Shown piece by piece: positions 1 to 11,476 of a stretch of DNA of 64,000 nt. The DNA comes from Amoebophrya sp. A120 (Eukaryota; Protista; Dinoflagellata): contig CAJINV010000008.1 in the NCBI GenBank assembly GCA_905178155.1, positions 248,001-312,000 on the forward strand, written 5' to 3'. Under the pieces are notes generated by a model that saw only the letters and a program-made list of their open reading frames with translations, had not been told where the DNA came from and ran no database searches. The translations under genes were made by a program, and so were the position numbers. How positions within the stretch are numbered: position 1 is the stretch's first letter; every line of letters starts with the position of its first letter.

Positions 1-1078
1 CCGACATGTGACTGGAGACTAGCTACCAGCGACCGAGAAAGGGTGTCATCTGGGTTGTGAACTTCTCACGACCGAGGAAGGGTTTTGAACTTCTTGCAGC
101 AGACCGATGACTGATCTTTAGCGCCTACTCGCCGGACATCAGATTCGTTTCATACATAGTGTTCCACGTTTTTTCATCGCTCGATTCAGAGAGAATTTGA
201 ATTTCCTTCATCATCATCTTCTAATCATCCTTTTTGTATAGTTAGAAGCCGCATAGTGCACATCGATCGTGCGACGTAAAAAGAGGTGCGACAGAGCGAC
301 GATAGAAGCCGACGACGACTGGCAGTGGTCGTCCACACGGCAACTCGGTCGCGTCATTTCTCTGCTGAGAAAATCCCAGGACTACCCCGGCACAGCTTCG
401 GCACGACTTTAATTGGTTATAGAAAGTGAAGCTGTTGTAAATGCGTTCTTCAGAAAAAAAAATCCCGATCGTGCACGCAAAGCTTTATACCTGGTTTCGC
501 TACTTTTACTTTAACTTTCGTGCGTGAAAATATTACACGTGTATTACATCAGAGAGCGACGATTCTTGGCGGCGATGAACTACGAGTCCACTAGTTCGTT
601 GTAGCTCATGACGTTGATTGTCTTCCTTGTCACTCACCAAATTGAATGATTTACTCCGCTACTTTTCGTACTACGAAATCACAAAAACTTAGAAGTGGAG
701 CCTGTCACGACGCTACGGGTCGGAATTCAATCTTGTCTGAAATGTCACGACATCGCACGCACGCTAATCGCCGACAATGAGTGTTCGTGCGACGACCTCG
801 AGCAGCGCGAGGACCAACACCAGCGCAGTGCATTTATTTCCCAAAAAGAAAAAGAGACGAAGCACCAGTACGTGGAAAAACTCGGATCCTTCGCTTTGCG
901 TGAGGTGTCGTTCTTGAAAGAAAACTTTGATTACGGAAACATGTCCTAGCCATGTGGAGGAGCTCAGACAGCTTCCGGCGGTTCTTGGTGCCGTGTCCGC
1001 GTCAAATCCGGGGCCCATCCCCGACCACGGATTTCTATCTTGTTTTGTATTGTAGCACCACACCAGCCAAGACTATGC

Positions 1079-1648
1079 TCAGTGTTCAGTGTTCGCAGTC
1101 TGCCACCCAAAATTGTATTGTAGGTCCTGCTTGAATGATTGTAGCCTGCCACTCAACGCTGAGTTCAGTCTTGATTTTTCTGCAAGAATCCACTTGCTGG
1201 AGCCTCCAATCGATGTGCGCTCTTCCGTCAGCATTTCAATGCGGTTGCTGAAGGTGTCTGCTGTCTTCCTTGCAGAGTCCTTCCACGATGAAACGGATGG
1301 GGCGTTCTTTTTGAGTTCTCCCAAAACCCGTCGCGCCTCGTCTTTCAACCGTTTCCATTTTTCGTCCAAATCGACAGCTTGCTGCAGTACTTCGCGAAGA
1401 TCATCTCCTGCTTCCTTCCAGAGCTTCGTCGCTCGTTTGTCCATTGCGTCTTCGCCGGTCTTTAGCTCATAAGACAATTCAACGTTCATTTTTGGTTTAT
1501 TATTTTTATTGCGACGAGCCCTTAGCTCGTGAATGCGGCGGCGGCGGTACTTTGCTTCCAGGGCAGCTTTCTCCTTCAGCGGCTCTTGGAAAGCATGAAC
1601 AGCGACTGCGTCAAGTCTTAGCAAAATACGATCCGCACGCTCGTTCAA
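1079..1648 (-). CDS. Hypothetical coiled-coil protein (probably an internal exon of a multi-exon gene)
   Basis: 189-codon ORF with charged helical composition (LREVLQQAVDLDEKWKRLKDEARRVLGELKK). No recognisable family; boundaries unresolved. Confidence 0.4.
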   Translation of the reverse strand: MNERADRILLRLDAVAVHAFQEPLKEKAALEAKYRRRRIHELRARRNKNNKPKMNVELSYELKTGEDAMDKRATKLWKEAGDDLREVLQQAVDLDEKWKRLKDEARRVLGELKKNAPSVSSWKDSARKTADTFSNRIEMLTEERTSIGGSSKWILAEKSRLNSALSGRLQSFKQDLQYNFGWQTANTEH

Positions 1649-2535
1649 TTCGTTCCAGTTCCGGTCTAATTTGTCGTCCGCGGCGGACGAATGACCCCTG
1701 GTGTATTGTCACGGGCGTACTATGACTTTACTTTCTCAATTGTCACTGCGAAACGCAAGATGAGTGTCAAGTTGACCCAGACCTACTGTCGAACATAGAG
1801 GGAGGCTAAAATAAAACGAAAGCGACTACTAACTTCTTTTTTTTTGCATGATACTGTGGCGCGAGCTAGGCTCAAAACTAGACCATACAACAAGGGCAAG
1901 GAATCTAGAAGTGATGTTCTTGTTTCGACGTTTGCTTCTATTTTCTTTTGAATCGCCCCCATACACCACACTGCTCCTGTGAAAAAATACGCCTGGACGA
2001 GGTGGGTTGCAGACCTGTTCTCAAGAAAAGCTGGACCGCGCGGCCTCTACTAGAAGCGAGCATATCATGTATATTATACATCTACAGCTCGGCGCCAGCA
2101 AGCCTCAAGAAGGCAACCGCTACAGGTCATCCCTATGCTATGGTATTACAAGCCTCCACCTCCCCGGCGCCTATCATGTCTTTAAATTTAAAGCAGTTTC
2201 TAACAAACTTTAGCAGCTGCTGCAGTGCTATTTTCAACATTTTTCTATTCGTTATGCGCCGATCCCTGCGCCATTCTGTTTCAGGAGCCTGCAGGCCGGC
2301 GCACGCCCCGACTACAATTACGCCCGCAGCAGAACGAATATAGAAAAGGAGCGCGTTGATTTGAATGCGGTATTCTCGCGTGGTGATGATGATGAAAGTA
2401 TTTACGCTGCCTGCATGCATTGGCGCGCAAACCCAAACGCCGGCCAGTTTTCTGTCATACTCCTTGCCCAAAATCTGCATACTTGCCCTTGCCTTCCCGC
2501 GAAAGGCAGGCCTGTGCAAGTACGTAAGTGGCAGA

Positions 2536-2871
2536 TCACCTATCTTTACCTAGCACCAGAGGCATTTTACGAAAGCAACCGAGGTGGCTTTTGCAGTAAG
2601 GAAACACCATGACAGGAGCGTACCCTTCGAATTCCTCCCGGAAAGCGTTTTCCTCGCTCTCCCGCATATAGTTATTCCAGTTTTTCAACAAAGAACGAAG
2701 TCCCATAGCTCCCAAACTGACGACACCAGCGGCCGCGCCATAAGTAGCAACAGCTTCGGGTTTGATGTTCTGAACGAAGGACCGCACGCGATCGAGCTTC
2801 GACGTTGTGGGCTTCTCCTCCGTTCCAACTTTTTCCTTTTTGTTTTTCTTCCTTATCAAACAAAAAAGCAC
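2536..2871 (-). CDS. Hypothetical protein exon with a possible transmembrane segment
   Basis: Protein-like stretch KPEAVATYGAAAGVVSLGAMGLRSLLKNWNNYMRESEENAFREEFEG. Neighbouring minus-strand ORFs (2133-2519, 2672-3202) may be further exons; junctions not resolved. Confidence 0.3.
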   Translation of the reverse strand: MLFCLIRKKNKKEKVGTEEKPTTSKLDRVRSFVQNIKPEAVATYGAAAGVVSLGAMGLRSLLKNWNNYMRESEENAFREEFEGYAPVMVFPYCKSHLGCFRKMPLVLGKDR

Positions 2872-3779
2872 ACCCGAAGTTCTTTACAACACTCGCGATG
2901 GGTTGCTTTGCGTATGCGAGTTTTTGCGTCAGTAAAAAAACCGGATTGGCAAATTCCAAATCTAGAAGATCAGTATCAGGACCCACGTCTTCACATGTCG
3001 TGCACTCTGTGCCTCTTTGCATTTTTACCAAGCCCCGACCTGATTTCTTTCGGCCGGCATTGCACCGGCCAGGCGATGACTGCTTGGCGGGGATCGGTGG
3101 CCTAGATGTCGGCACAGATGATTCTACTCCAGATCCTGTCGCAAATCTGGATGCAACAGCACTCAGGCCAACACTTAGGTCAGCACACAGGTTGCAAAGC
3201 ATCTAGATGAGCACGGAGGTCAAAAAGGAGGTCCGCCACTTTACGAAATCGCCGGGCGAGATATTGGATTGCTAGCTACACTAACTTTTAGCATCTGGAA
3301 ATCTTTTTGCTGATCGTCTTTTTTTTACAAACTAATTTGGTTCTTTCATTAAATGAAAGAGCCGTCAAGTATACTAATACTAGCTTTACCGACACGCTTA
3401 TATTTTACCTTCCTGGAATAAGCGGTCTGGAAGCAGAAGCACTTTAGTCTTAGTCTGGATGTGTTTTTCTGTACGATATCCCTCTGCTGCAGGAACCCGA
3501 AAGTCGCGGTCGTCGTGGTGTTGAGAGCCGACACGCCTTTATCCTGAGTAAAAAAAGTTCCCTCCCCATATTTGCCATGCGTATTTGGATTAATAGGATT
3601 TACATGCCCAGACTGTCGGAGTCAAATCGGCCTAGCAACTGGGTGGCTTCTGAAACGCGCTCAAAATGTCCACTACCATGGCCATGGGACGCCAGGCGGC
3701 GATAGGGAGTGGCGCTGTCGAAGTGTTTCTTTTGGCCCCAGAGCCCAACACAAGAAACACAAAAAGAAGACGCGCAAAT

Positions 3780-4331
3780 TGGACAAGTTCCCAGCTGCAA
3801 GTTGCCAGAAAAGGCCTCAGTTAGCGGCCAGGCACAAATGCGAGGGCCTAGGGCGGAAGGTCACCGGGCCCCTCCGGCCAGGCAGCAGCAAAAGGCGCAG
3901 CGGTCTTGTTCAACAGGTCTCGGCTGACAGGCTTTTTCGACAAGTTGGGGCCGCCAAGTTGCAGAAAAAGCTCGTCTTTTCGTTTCTTCGCAGCTATCGC
4001 AGCCAAGAAGCCGGCTTGCACCCAACCGCGCGCCCAGCTGCGCGCCCAACAATAGCGAGGAAGCATCGCCCGAGCCAAAGAAGCCAAGCCAGACCAAGCG
4101 CGCGCACTTGCTCGCGGCAATCATTTGGAGGCCTTTTTCTGCAACTTCGGGCCGCCAAGTTTCAGGAAAAGGCCTCTTTTCCCTTTTCCGGGCGCTTCGT
4201 GCTCTCTCCCATGCCGGCCAACCGACCCCCGCCAGCAGGGCGGGGGCGCCGGTCTTGAGTACTTTCTGCAGCAAAACATACAGCGCGGCCTTTTTCTTCA
4301 ACTTGGAGCTGCCAAAGTACAGAAAAAAGCC
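3780..4331. repeat. 3-4 dispersed copies of an approximately 45-bp palindromic unit (GGCCTTTTTCTGCAACTT-GGGCCGC-CAAGTTGCAGAAAAAGGCC-like)
   Basis: Copies near 3930-3972, 4130-4175 and 4287-4331, plus a partial copy near 3780-3818. Spacing is about 150-200 bp. Confidence 0.75.
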
Positions 4332-4442
4332 GTATTTTCTGTTGTTCAAAAAAGCAGAATGTGGCGCAAAAAAAGGCAGTCGAATTCGGGAAGAAAAGGC
4401 GCAAAAAAATGAACACGCTCAGACAAGCAAAACGTCCAAAAA

Positions 4443-5058
4443 GTGACACGCAGTTGACACGCAGTTGAGTCCAAAAAGTGACACGCAGTTGACACGCAAA
4501 GTGATACGCAAGTGACACGCAGTGCGTGTCACACTGCGTGTCACTTGCGTACCGCAATGCGTGTCACTGCGTGTCACCAGAATATAGGTGCAAAAAGTGA
4601 CACGCACTCAGTGCGTGTCACCGTATACCATCGGGGAAGACCAAAAGACGACAGGCGTTGTCTCTCTCCTGCACGGTATGGTAGTGACACGCATCTAGTG
4701 CGTGTCAGTGCGTGTCACTTTTTGCACCTATATTCTGGTGACACGCAGTGACACGCACGACCGAATCGCTGGTGGCGAGAATACAGGCGTGAAGAGTGAC
4801 ACGCACTTGACACGCAGTGAGTGCGTGTCACACAATACCGTCGGTGAAGGATATTTCCAAAACTTTCCAAAACCTCTCTCCGGTCTGTAAAAGTGACACG
4901 CACTGACACGCACTCACTGCGTGTCAATTTACAGAGCGGTTTGACAGTACACACTCGTCAAAAACGAGAAACAGGTCGTGTTTGACGAGTGCGTATCAGT
5001 GTGCGTGTCACTCTGCGTGTCACTTTGCGTGTCAAAAAAAAGGCGGAGTGCGTATCAC
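4443..5058. repeat. Bidirectional array of about 27 GTGACACGCA / TGCGTGTCAC motifs with nested long inverted repeats
   Basis: Motifs counted by eye in both orientations. Perfect 51-nt inverted repeat at 4558-4608 / 4707-4757; perfect inverted repeat of about 24 nt near 4808-4830 / 4904-4927; hairpin CACTCGTCAAA..TTTGACGAGTG near 4952-4991. Confidence 0.95.
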
Positions 5059-5188
5059 TCTGCGTTTTTGAAAGCTCCCAAAAATTTGCCGAAAATCTAC
5101 CAAAATCCGAAGGAAAGGCTCAAGGAAAGGGACAAGGGGAAGGGGCCGCTATGTGGCAGGCCATACAGCTACGTGCAGGCGCACCGGC

Positions 5189-5354
5189 CGGGAAGGCCTC
5201 GCGGCCCGCCAGGAAGCCGCCGGTTTGTCCTCAGACACGGTGGGGCGCTCCATTTTCTCCGGTTGGGGGCCCCTCCCAACCGGAAAAAATCGAGAATCCC
5301 ACCGTGTCTGAGGACGGGCCGGCGGCTTCCCGACGGGCCGTCGAGGCCTTCCCG
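5189..5354. repeat. Long imperfect fold-back (arms of about 80 nt)
   Basis: ggaaggcctcgcggcccgccaggaagccgccggtttgtcctcagacacggtggg... pairs with ...cccaccgtgtctgaggacgggccggcggcttcccgacgggccgtcgaggccttcc; apex near 5270. Confidence 0.9.
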
Positions 5355-8300
5355 TGGCGCCTGTTGCTGTTCTTTTTTCGCCCTTCCCTTCGCATTTTCT
5401 GTGGCCTTCAGGTCGGTTCATTCCCCCGCCCCTCTTCCGACCTGACTCAACATCTCGCGACCTTGGGGCAGACAAGGGCGGAGGAGTCCTCGTTTGGCCC
5501 TCTACTAGCTTTACCCCACACAGAGGGCCGCAATGCTTGGTCCGACATTCGCACGACTTCCCCTCGGCACCGCTACGGAGCCTGCGCGTCTGTCAAAAAG
5601 CGGCGCGTCTGCTTTGAGGGTGCTTGTCGCAAAATAGTCCTCGCGATAGTCGCTAAGCAGCACGCCGGTGGCCGGACAGCCCAGAAGGCATGCGCGCACA
5701 GCCGCGCATAGAAATTCGCGCTGCTCCCGCTGGTGCCACCGAAGGCCGCCAATTGGCACACGGAACGAGGGCGCGCGCGTCAGGGTAGAAGGGGCACAAC
5801 CTGAAAAGGCCGGGGCGCTCTTGGGCCGCCCTTTCGTGCTTTCCTGCCCCGTTAGTTGCCGTTTTGTTTTCATTTGGTCGGCGTTTAGGAGCCTTTTTCT
5901 TTGCTAGGCCAATTTGTTCCTAAAGACTGTGCCTACTGCGCAGCCCCATGATGAGGTGTGATTTTTAATGATATCTGACACTTTATCATAGTAGTCTAAG
6001 CAGGAGGAAGGAAGCGCCAGACTTGTCACGCGACTGCGCCAGATAGTACTTTAACAACGGCTACATTAGAGTCACACACTCGTCGTGCGTGGTAAAAGCC
6101 TAAACTTCTTGGCATGTTATGTAGCAAGGCTGTCAACTCGTTTGTACTGAGGATAACCTTCGTCAAGTTGGAACTCGTTCAGAGAAGAAGTCGTGGCCTG
6201 TTCAACAGAGACAGAGTGGTCGTTGTCAACCGATTTTTCCTGGTGCTGGCCACCAGAGTTGGTGTGCTGAGTCTGACCCCCGCCGCCACCGCGCCCACGC
6301 GCACGCTATGGCCTGCTCAACTGCGACGATCATAAATGAAATGACAACTTGTGATGCAAAAGCAAAATGCAAATAGAAATACATATTGGTGCGCACCAAA
6401 GGCGCCCAAATATATTTCATTTGCTTCGTTTGTTATCCTTATCTCATCTAGCATGACAAGTTCGAGTTCCTAAAGGAGTTGTGCAAAGTAAGTAAGTGCG
6501 CCTCCGCCTGCGCCCTGAGTGATCCAGAACAAAAAAAATACTAATACAAACATAAGACGCCACGCAGATGACCCAAGTTTAGGCTCCTTCAGATTCTTGC
6601 TCGTTAATCTTACTCTCTTGCGTAAGCGTTTACACACCTGGGCCTGCGAGGACTCTTCATTGTTCCATTTGAGATTGCCTCCTTTGAGCACACCATACGC
6701 GCTTCAGCAGGTTCTTTCGTCCCCCCGCGTTCTTTTCCACTTCCATCGCAGTGACCAAGCCGCACGAAAAACAAGTGGCATCATCTGCAAATATGTCTCG
6801 GGCTAGAAAGTTGTGCTGACGCACGTCTATGAACGCTGAAGGGCGTAAGTTCCGCAATACGCAGCAAAAAAGTAGCGTGAAATTCTTTACGCTCCTATGC
6901 CTTGCAAATGCAACACGATCTTTTCGCGCCATTGCATGACAGAACTTAACTCAGAGTCGTCTCAGACAAAACTGACAAATTGTGCGACCTACGTTCCAGA
7001 CCCAGACGACATTTCTGCAGAAGTGGATAAACGGCCGCAATAAAGAACTGCAACAGTGTGCCCGCCATTGCGTACGTACGCGTAGTGGTCTGACCGGCGC
7101 TGCAAAGTTGTTTTCAGTCTTAATTCCAAATCACGTTTATGCATCTGTCATTATTTACACAACGCTTCCGCATTTGTCGTCACCTAGAAAACGGATTTCA
7201 TGCGTTTTTTTGGCGATGGACGAGGGAAAAGAAACAACCTGCTCTTCTACTTGAGGTTGAAATAGAAAAAGTCTTCAAGCGAAATTAAAAAGTGTAAGTG
7301 ACCACCTCGTAAAAGCGTGGGCCTGGCCGGCGCGTAGTTCGATATCGATGCTCTGGCTGTGGCTCTGCCTTTCCTCGATCGGCACGCCCTGCATGAATTT
7401 CGTTCTAAAAAATTCTCACTCGTCTCTACCTAATGTCAGGCATGATGCTTTCAAAAGTCGCGAATGATGGAGATTTGCACTGAGGAATAGCCGAAACCAC
7501 ATATGTACCAGGAGGACCTCAACAAACTACCTATGAGCTATGACAGCTTAAAATTTCACATATGTAATGAAGGAAGGCGGGCTCTACGCGCAACTAAAAA
7601 CAAACTCAGACCCGCAGTTTTTGGCTCTGAGTTGACAGTCTATTTTAATTTTTCTTTTTTGAAAAGAAAAATAAACTACTAGCGCAAGAATACGATAAAT
7701 CTCCCGTCGCTGGGCGCAAGTCTTGCGCTCCTTGGTGAGGATTTGTACAGGATGGAGCAAGCGTCACGCCATTCCCATTCGTGGTTGTTGAGGTCGTTGT
7801 AAATCTTGTCCGTCGCTTCTTCCTTCGCTAGCAGAGTTTTTCGGTTCGTTCGTCAAGGTGCTGAAAGCTGTTCGATATCGAATGCAAATATGCCTGGGCC
7901 TGTGTAAAGTTCGAACTTGTAGTGCTGGTGGTGTGGCAGTCGCATTCCTGTCAAAACTGTACTGCGTGACCTTCTTTACCCCTCAGCCCATAATTAGTCA
8001 TCCACTTTACGAACAATCACAATGCCTTGGGATATGATCTCGGGAAGATTAGATCAAGCTCTAGTGCGGGGTCGGACCTGAGTTGAGGACACACTAGAGT
8101 GGAAGGATGTCCTGGTCGATTTCCATGACCAACAAAAGTCGCAGGCTTTTTTGTCATGCAAAAATGCAGTGTCTCACTCTCATCAAGCGGTCTGCGTATC
8201 AGAGAGCGTTCTGGAAAGATGTCATGCTTGGCTGCACTCGAAAGTGTTTCCATCATCCACATTTTAGCATCACAAGTTTCCAGGCCCAGATGACATATTT

Positions 8301-10312
8301 GAAGTTGATATTCCAGCTTGTTCTTCGGCTTGAGCTCGGTCTCCGTTGTGTCTTGAGTTTCGTTTAGTGAAGTAGTTTAGCTGAGACTTGTTCCGCTTCA
8401 ATTCGTTGTTCTTCCCATCCAAAGTCTACAAGAGAAGCCCTTTAGTGAAGTGCGAGAGAGTTTTTTGGTGTGTCAGTTGTTAGAAAAGAAATTTCGTTAG
8501 TTTTGAGGTTGTCAAGAGGAAAGTAGTCTGCGCGAAAAATAAACAGATCCTCCTTGTCGTGCCACGAAGTGGAGAAAAAGAATACAACTCACTGCTTGGA
8601 CGATGAAAAGCACACGACAACGCCCGGAAGAGGATTCTTATTCGTTATACTTTCAAGAACTACAGGGAAGGATGAGTTGCTGTGGCAGGGGTTGTGTATT
8701 GTTTTTGCGAAAGTTTATTCACTTCGTTACAACGGTACACAAAGACTATGTATTTCGATACCGATGTGGCGAGAACAGGCCCGCTCTCCCCCGCACGCAA
8801 ACCGAATCGCAACCAACGTAAAAAAGACAGACGGCTTTCGAGAGAAGGCAAACGATGTTGCTGAAGCGAGGAAGAGAAGTAACCGATTCTTGTACATTTT
8901 AAGTACTTTCATCGCTGAAGTAGAGCTGGGGCTCTGACAGGCTTTGCAAATGAGAAACAGAAATATCGAATTATCCATCTGATGGCGGAGACGGTTGCAC
9001 GAGATACCGATAATTGTTTACCGCAATTCGGGAAACAGAAACACTCGACAACTTCAACGTTTCTGTTAGTCTACCGACATCTTTCATTCTTGACGCGCAG
9101 CACGGCTGCAAACGAACGACAACGACCAATGGATCATGATCTTTGAGTCATAGCTACGGCAAGACCGAATATCTGGCAACGTTTGCTTGTGACTACTTAG
9201 CACCGATGGTGAAGTGAGCGGCCCTTGATATTGCGATGAAGCAGGCCGACTCACTGATGCACAACAGGAGCAAAGAAGTACAACGTCTTGGCGTTCTTCC
9301 TGTGCTAGTAGTACAGAGACTGACTGCGTCGCTGAGCGGCTTTTTACACTACAGTTACAGAGTCTAACACCAGAGCAGCCCGGACAACTTGTCGAGCGAG
9401 GGTTCTTTGCACTTTGCAGTGACATGGAGCTCCAGGTTCTTGTCTGGTTGTGTGTTCAGGTGCAGTCATTCCAAGTTGCAGTTGGTTCGTTGCTGTCCTC
9501 ACATTTTGTTCTCCGACGTTGATGTCGATAGAAGACATATTTCGGATCAACATCTTCTGCAGCACCCATGTGTGGTACTCTCCAAAGCAGGGATGAAACT
9601 AGTAAAACTTACTCTGCACTGTTTGTGAAAAAATCGGGTGTTGCTTTCACTATCCGGCTGCCACCAGCTCCGCAGGATTTGGCAGCGGCATGAATTCCGG
9701 GCTTTTTATGCTGAGGCACAATGCGACCTGCCCTCGCCAGCTCCAACCGGATTTTTTGATTTGCCTTTGTGTTGTTCCCGGTGATCATCCCCCTAGTAAC
9801 TTGCGCTTCTTGCGCGTGAGGTGCAGACATAGACCAAGGGTCCATGCAAAAAGGAATTGAATCGTAGCGGTCGCGGGGACTGTTCCTCCGCCTAATACGC
9901 TCCCGAATAATTTTATCAAAGTTTCATGTTTGGATCCACCATGATTTTTTTTGTTCTGATGGCAAAAAAAAATGCGGTTGAGCGTGAGGGTCGCAGTAGT
10001 CATTCGCATATCTCCCCACTGATCTACTGCGCAGTAGTCCCACGTCCATCGGTGTCGCAACGAATCCACATGGAAATCTGAGTCAGCAGATAAACAGGAA
10101 GCTAGTAGTAGTACGCAAAGCTTGCTTCCGCAAAATGTAATTGACATAAATATTAGTAGAATGCACCAGCGTGCGACCTGCGTCCAAAAGCAGCAAATAC
10201 AAACTACATACACAAGTTGGGGTTATGAATTGAATTGCCTGCTGCAGGCAGCTGTGTATACTTGCTTACAACCCTCTCGGCTCTTGGCTCGCAATTTCTA
10301 CAATATCCATAC

Positions 10313-11476
10313 TCAAAACTGCCTAAGAATGTCCCGTGGATAGCCAAGGAAGTGGTCGTTCTCCTGAAACTTCCCGTCGAGACAGGACATTTCGACAGGG
10401 CAAACCGAGAACCCGTTGCTGAAGCCGGGAATGCTGCGACACACCTGCTCGCTCACGGCGGGCAAGCGTGCCCCGCTCGGCGGCTTGTCGGAGGGCGAAT
10501 ATTGCCCGGCGAGGACGACCGCGAGCCGATCGCGGAGCGGAATTTTGGTGATCCAGGGACTCGAGTCTTCGCTGGAAGTGGAGACGCCGAGACTGAGGAA
10601 GTCCCGTTTCCCCACCAACCGATCGTATTTTTTCTGGAAAAAGTTCTTCCAAAACGCCATCTTACCAGCGATCGAAACTTTCACGTCGTCTTGTACTGCA
10701 CCCGTGACGCACGTGCAGCCCGGATGGGAGGTGCTCACTCGCGCGGGCGGGAGCTTCGGCCCGACCGGGTTCGCGTCGCCAGGGCCCGGGACGGCGCAGT
10801 AGTCCCAAAACTTCGAAGTCGCCTGCGGCCCCCGGTCCATGCCGAAAGAGTGCTTCTTCACCTGCTGTGCGTAGAGCCGATGATCGTATCCCGAAGGGTC
10901 GATTGCCTTCTGCCCACCGGCCAGCAGCCCACAGGCCTTGGACCCGTCCACGCGACACCACTGAAACGGCATGCCCTGCTCACGCCCGCACGCAGAGATG
11001 CACTCACACCCGTTCGACGTCTTTTTCGCGCCTTCTACCGCGGTCCCGCCGGCATTGTCCATCATCAGCTCGGCATCGCTCACGGTCAGCTTTGGCCGTC
11101 CGTCCGCATTGCCCTTCAGTGCGCGGGCCTGGTCCTGGAGAATCGCGACCTTGTTCAATGCGCGGTCCAGGGCCTCCGCTCCCATGCGACTCCCACTTAG
11201 CACGTGCTGTAGCTTTCGCAGTTGCGTCCGCCGATCGGCGCCCGGGTTCAGGAGAGCCCCTAGCGGCTTCCCGCGATTTATCTCGCCGAGCGCCTTGTTT
11301 GTATCGTTCTCCAGAAGCGGCTTAAACCCCTGTGTGAACACCTGCAGGAATTCGCTACTGTCCTCCGTCACGTCCGCTTGTTGCTCCCGAAACATTTGAC
11401 CCACAACGCGACGCTCCACTCGTTTTGCCTCCTCTACCATGTCCTTCAGATCCACCTTCGGATTCGTGCGGGACAT
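10313..11476 (-). CDS. Hypothetical protein with Cys/Trp-rich modules (WC-x-V...WDYC, kringle/FN2-like); continues in downstream exons
   Basis: 387-codon ORF containing CECISAC...FQWCRVDGSKAC...KFWDYC. A second WTWDYC lies after an acceptor CTGACTCAG| at 10078/10077. Further likely exons near 9609-9845 and 9344-9565. Confidence 0.6.
   Translation of the reverse strand: MSRTNPKVDLKDMVEEAKRVERRVVGQMFREQQADVTEDSSEFLQVFTQGFKPLLENDTNKALGEINRGKPLGALLNPGADRRTQLRKLQHVLSGSRMGAEALDRALNKVAILQDQARALKGNADGRPKLTVSDAELMMDNAGGTAVEGAKKTSNGCECISACGREQGMPFQWCRVDGSKACGLLAGGQKAIDPSGYDHRLYAQQVKKHSFGMDRGPQATSKFWDYCAVPGPGDANPVGPKLPPARVSTSHPGCTCVTGAVQDDVKVSIAGKMAFWKNFFQKKYDRLVGKRDFLSLGVSTSSEDSSPWITKIPLRDRLAVVLAGQYSPSDKPPSGARLPAVSEQVCRSIPGFSNGFSVCPVEMSCLDGKFQENDHFLGYPRDILRQF

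Larger units (their letters stand above)
3617..5922. mobile_element. Non-autonomous TIR element (2306 bp), non-coding, hairpin-rich, hAT-like target-site duplication
   Basis: Left end CGGAGTCAAATCGGCCTAGCAA (3617-3638); right end reverse complement TAGGAACAAATTGGCCTAGCAA (5901-5922); the inner 16 nt match at 15 positions. Flanking direct repeat cAGACTGT (3609-3616) / aAGACTGT (5923-5930). Interior is visibly GC-richer than the flanks and has no credible ORF. Confidence 0.75.

Noticed and set aside
764-2519. Stop-codon reassignment (co-framed ORFs separated by TGA/TAG pairs near 1070 and 2130)
   Set aside because: Several standard-code ORFs of more than 1600 codons contain no internal stops, and the conserved genes end at normal stops; introns or decay explain the pattern better.
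4443-5058. CRISPR array
   Set aside because: The unit is only 10 nt and occurs in both orientations, the spacers are irregular, no cas genes are present, and the context is eukaryotic.
3572-5907. ORFs inside the TIR element (for example 3572-4258 and 4989-5711) as a transposase
   Set aside because: No DDE, HUH or reverse-transcriptase motifs; the ORFs are by-products of GC-rich repeats and mirror each other across the hairpins.
6100-9300. Fragmented minus-strand gene (protein-like pieces near 6118-6305, 6650-6800 and 7680-7840)
   Set aside because: Consistent splice junctions could not be assembled and no family was recognised; left uncalled.
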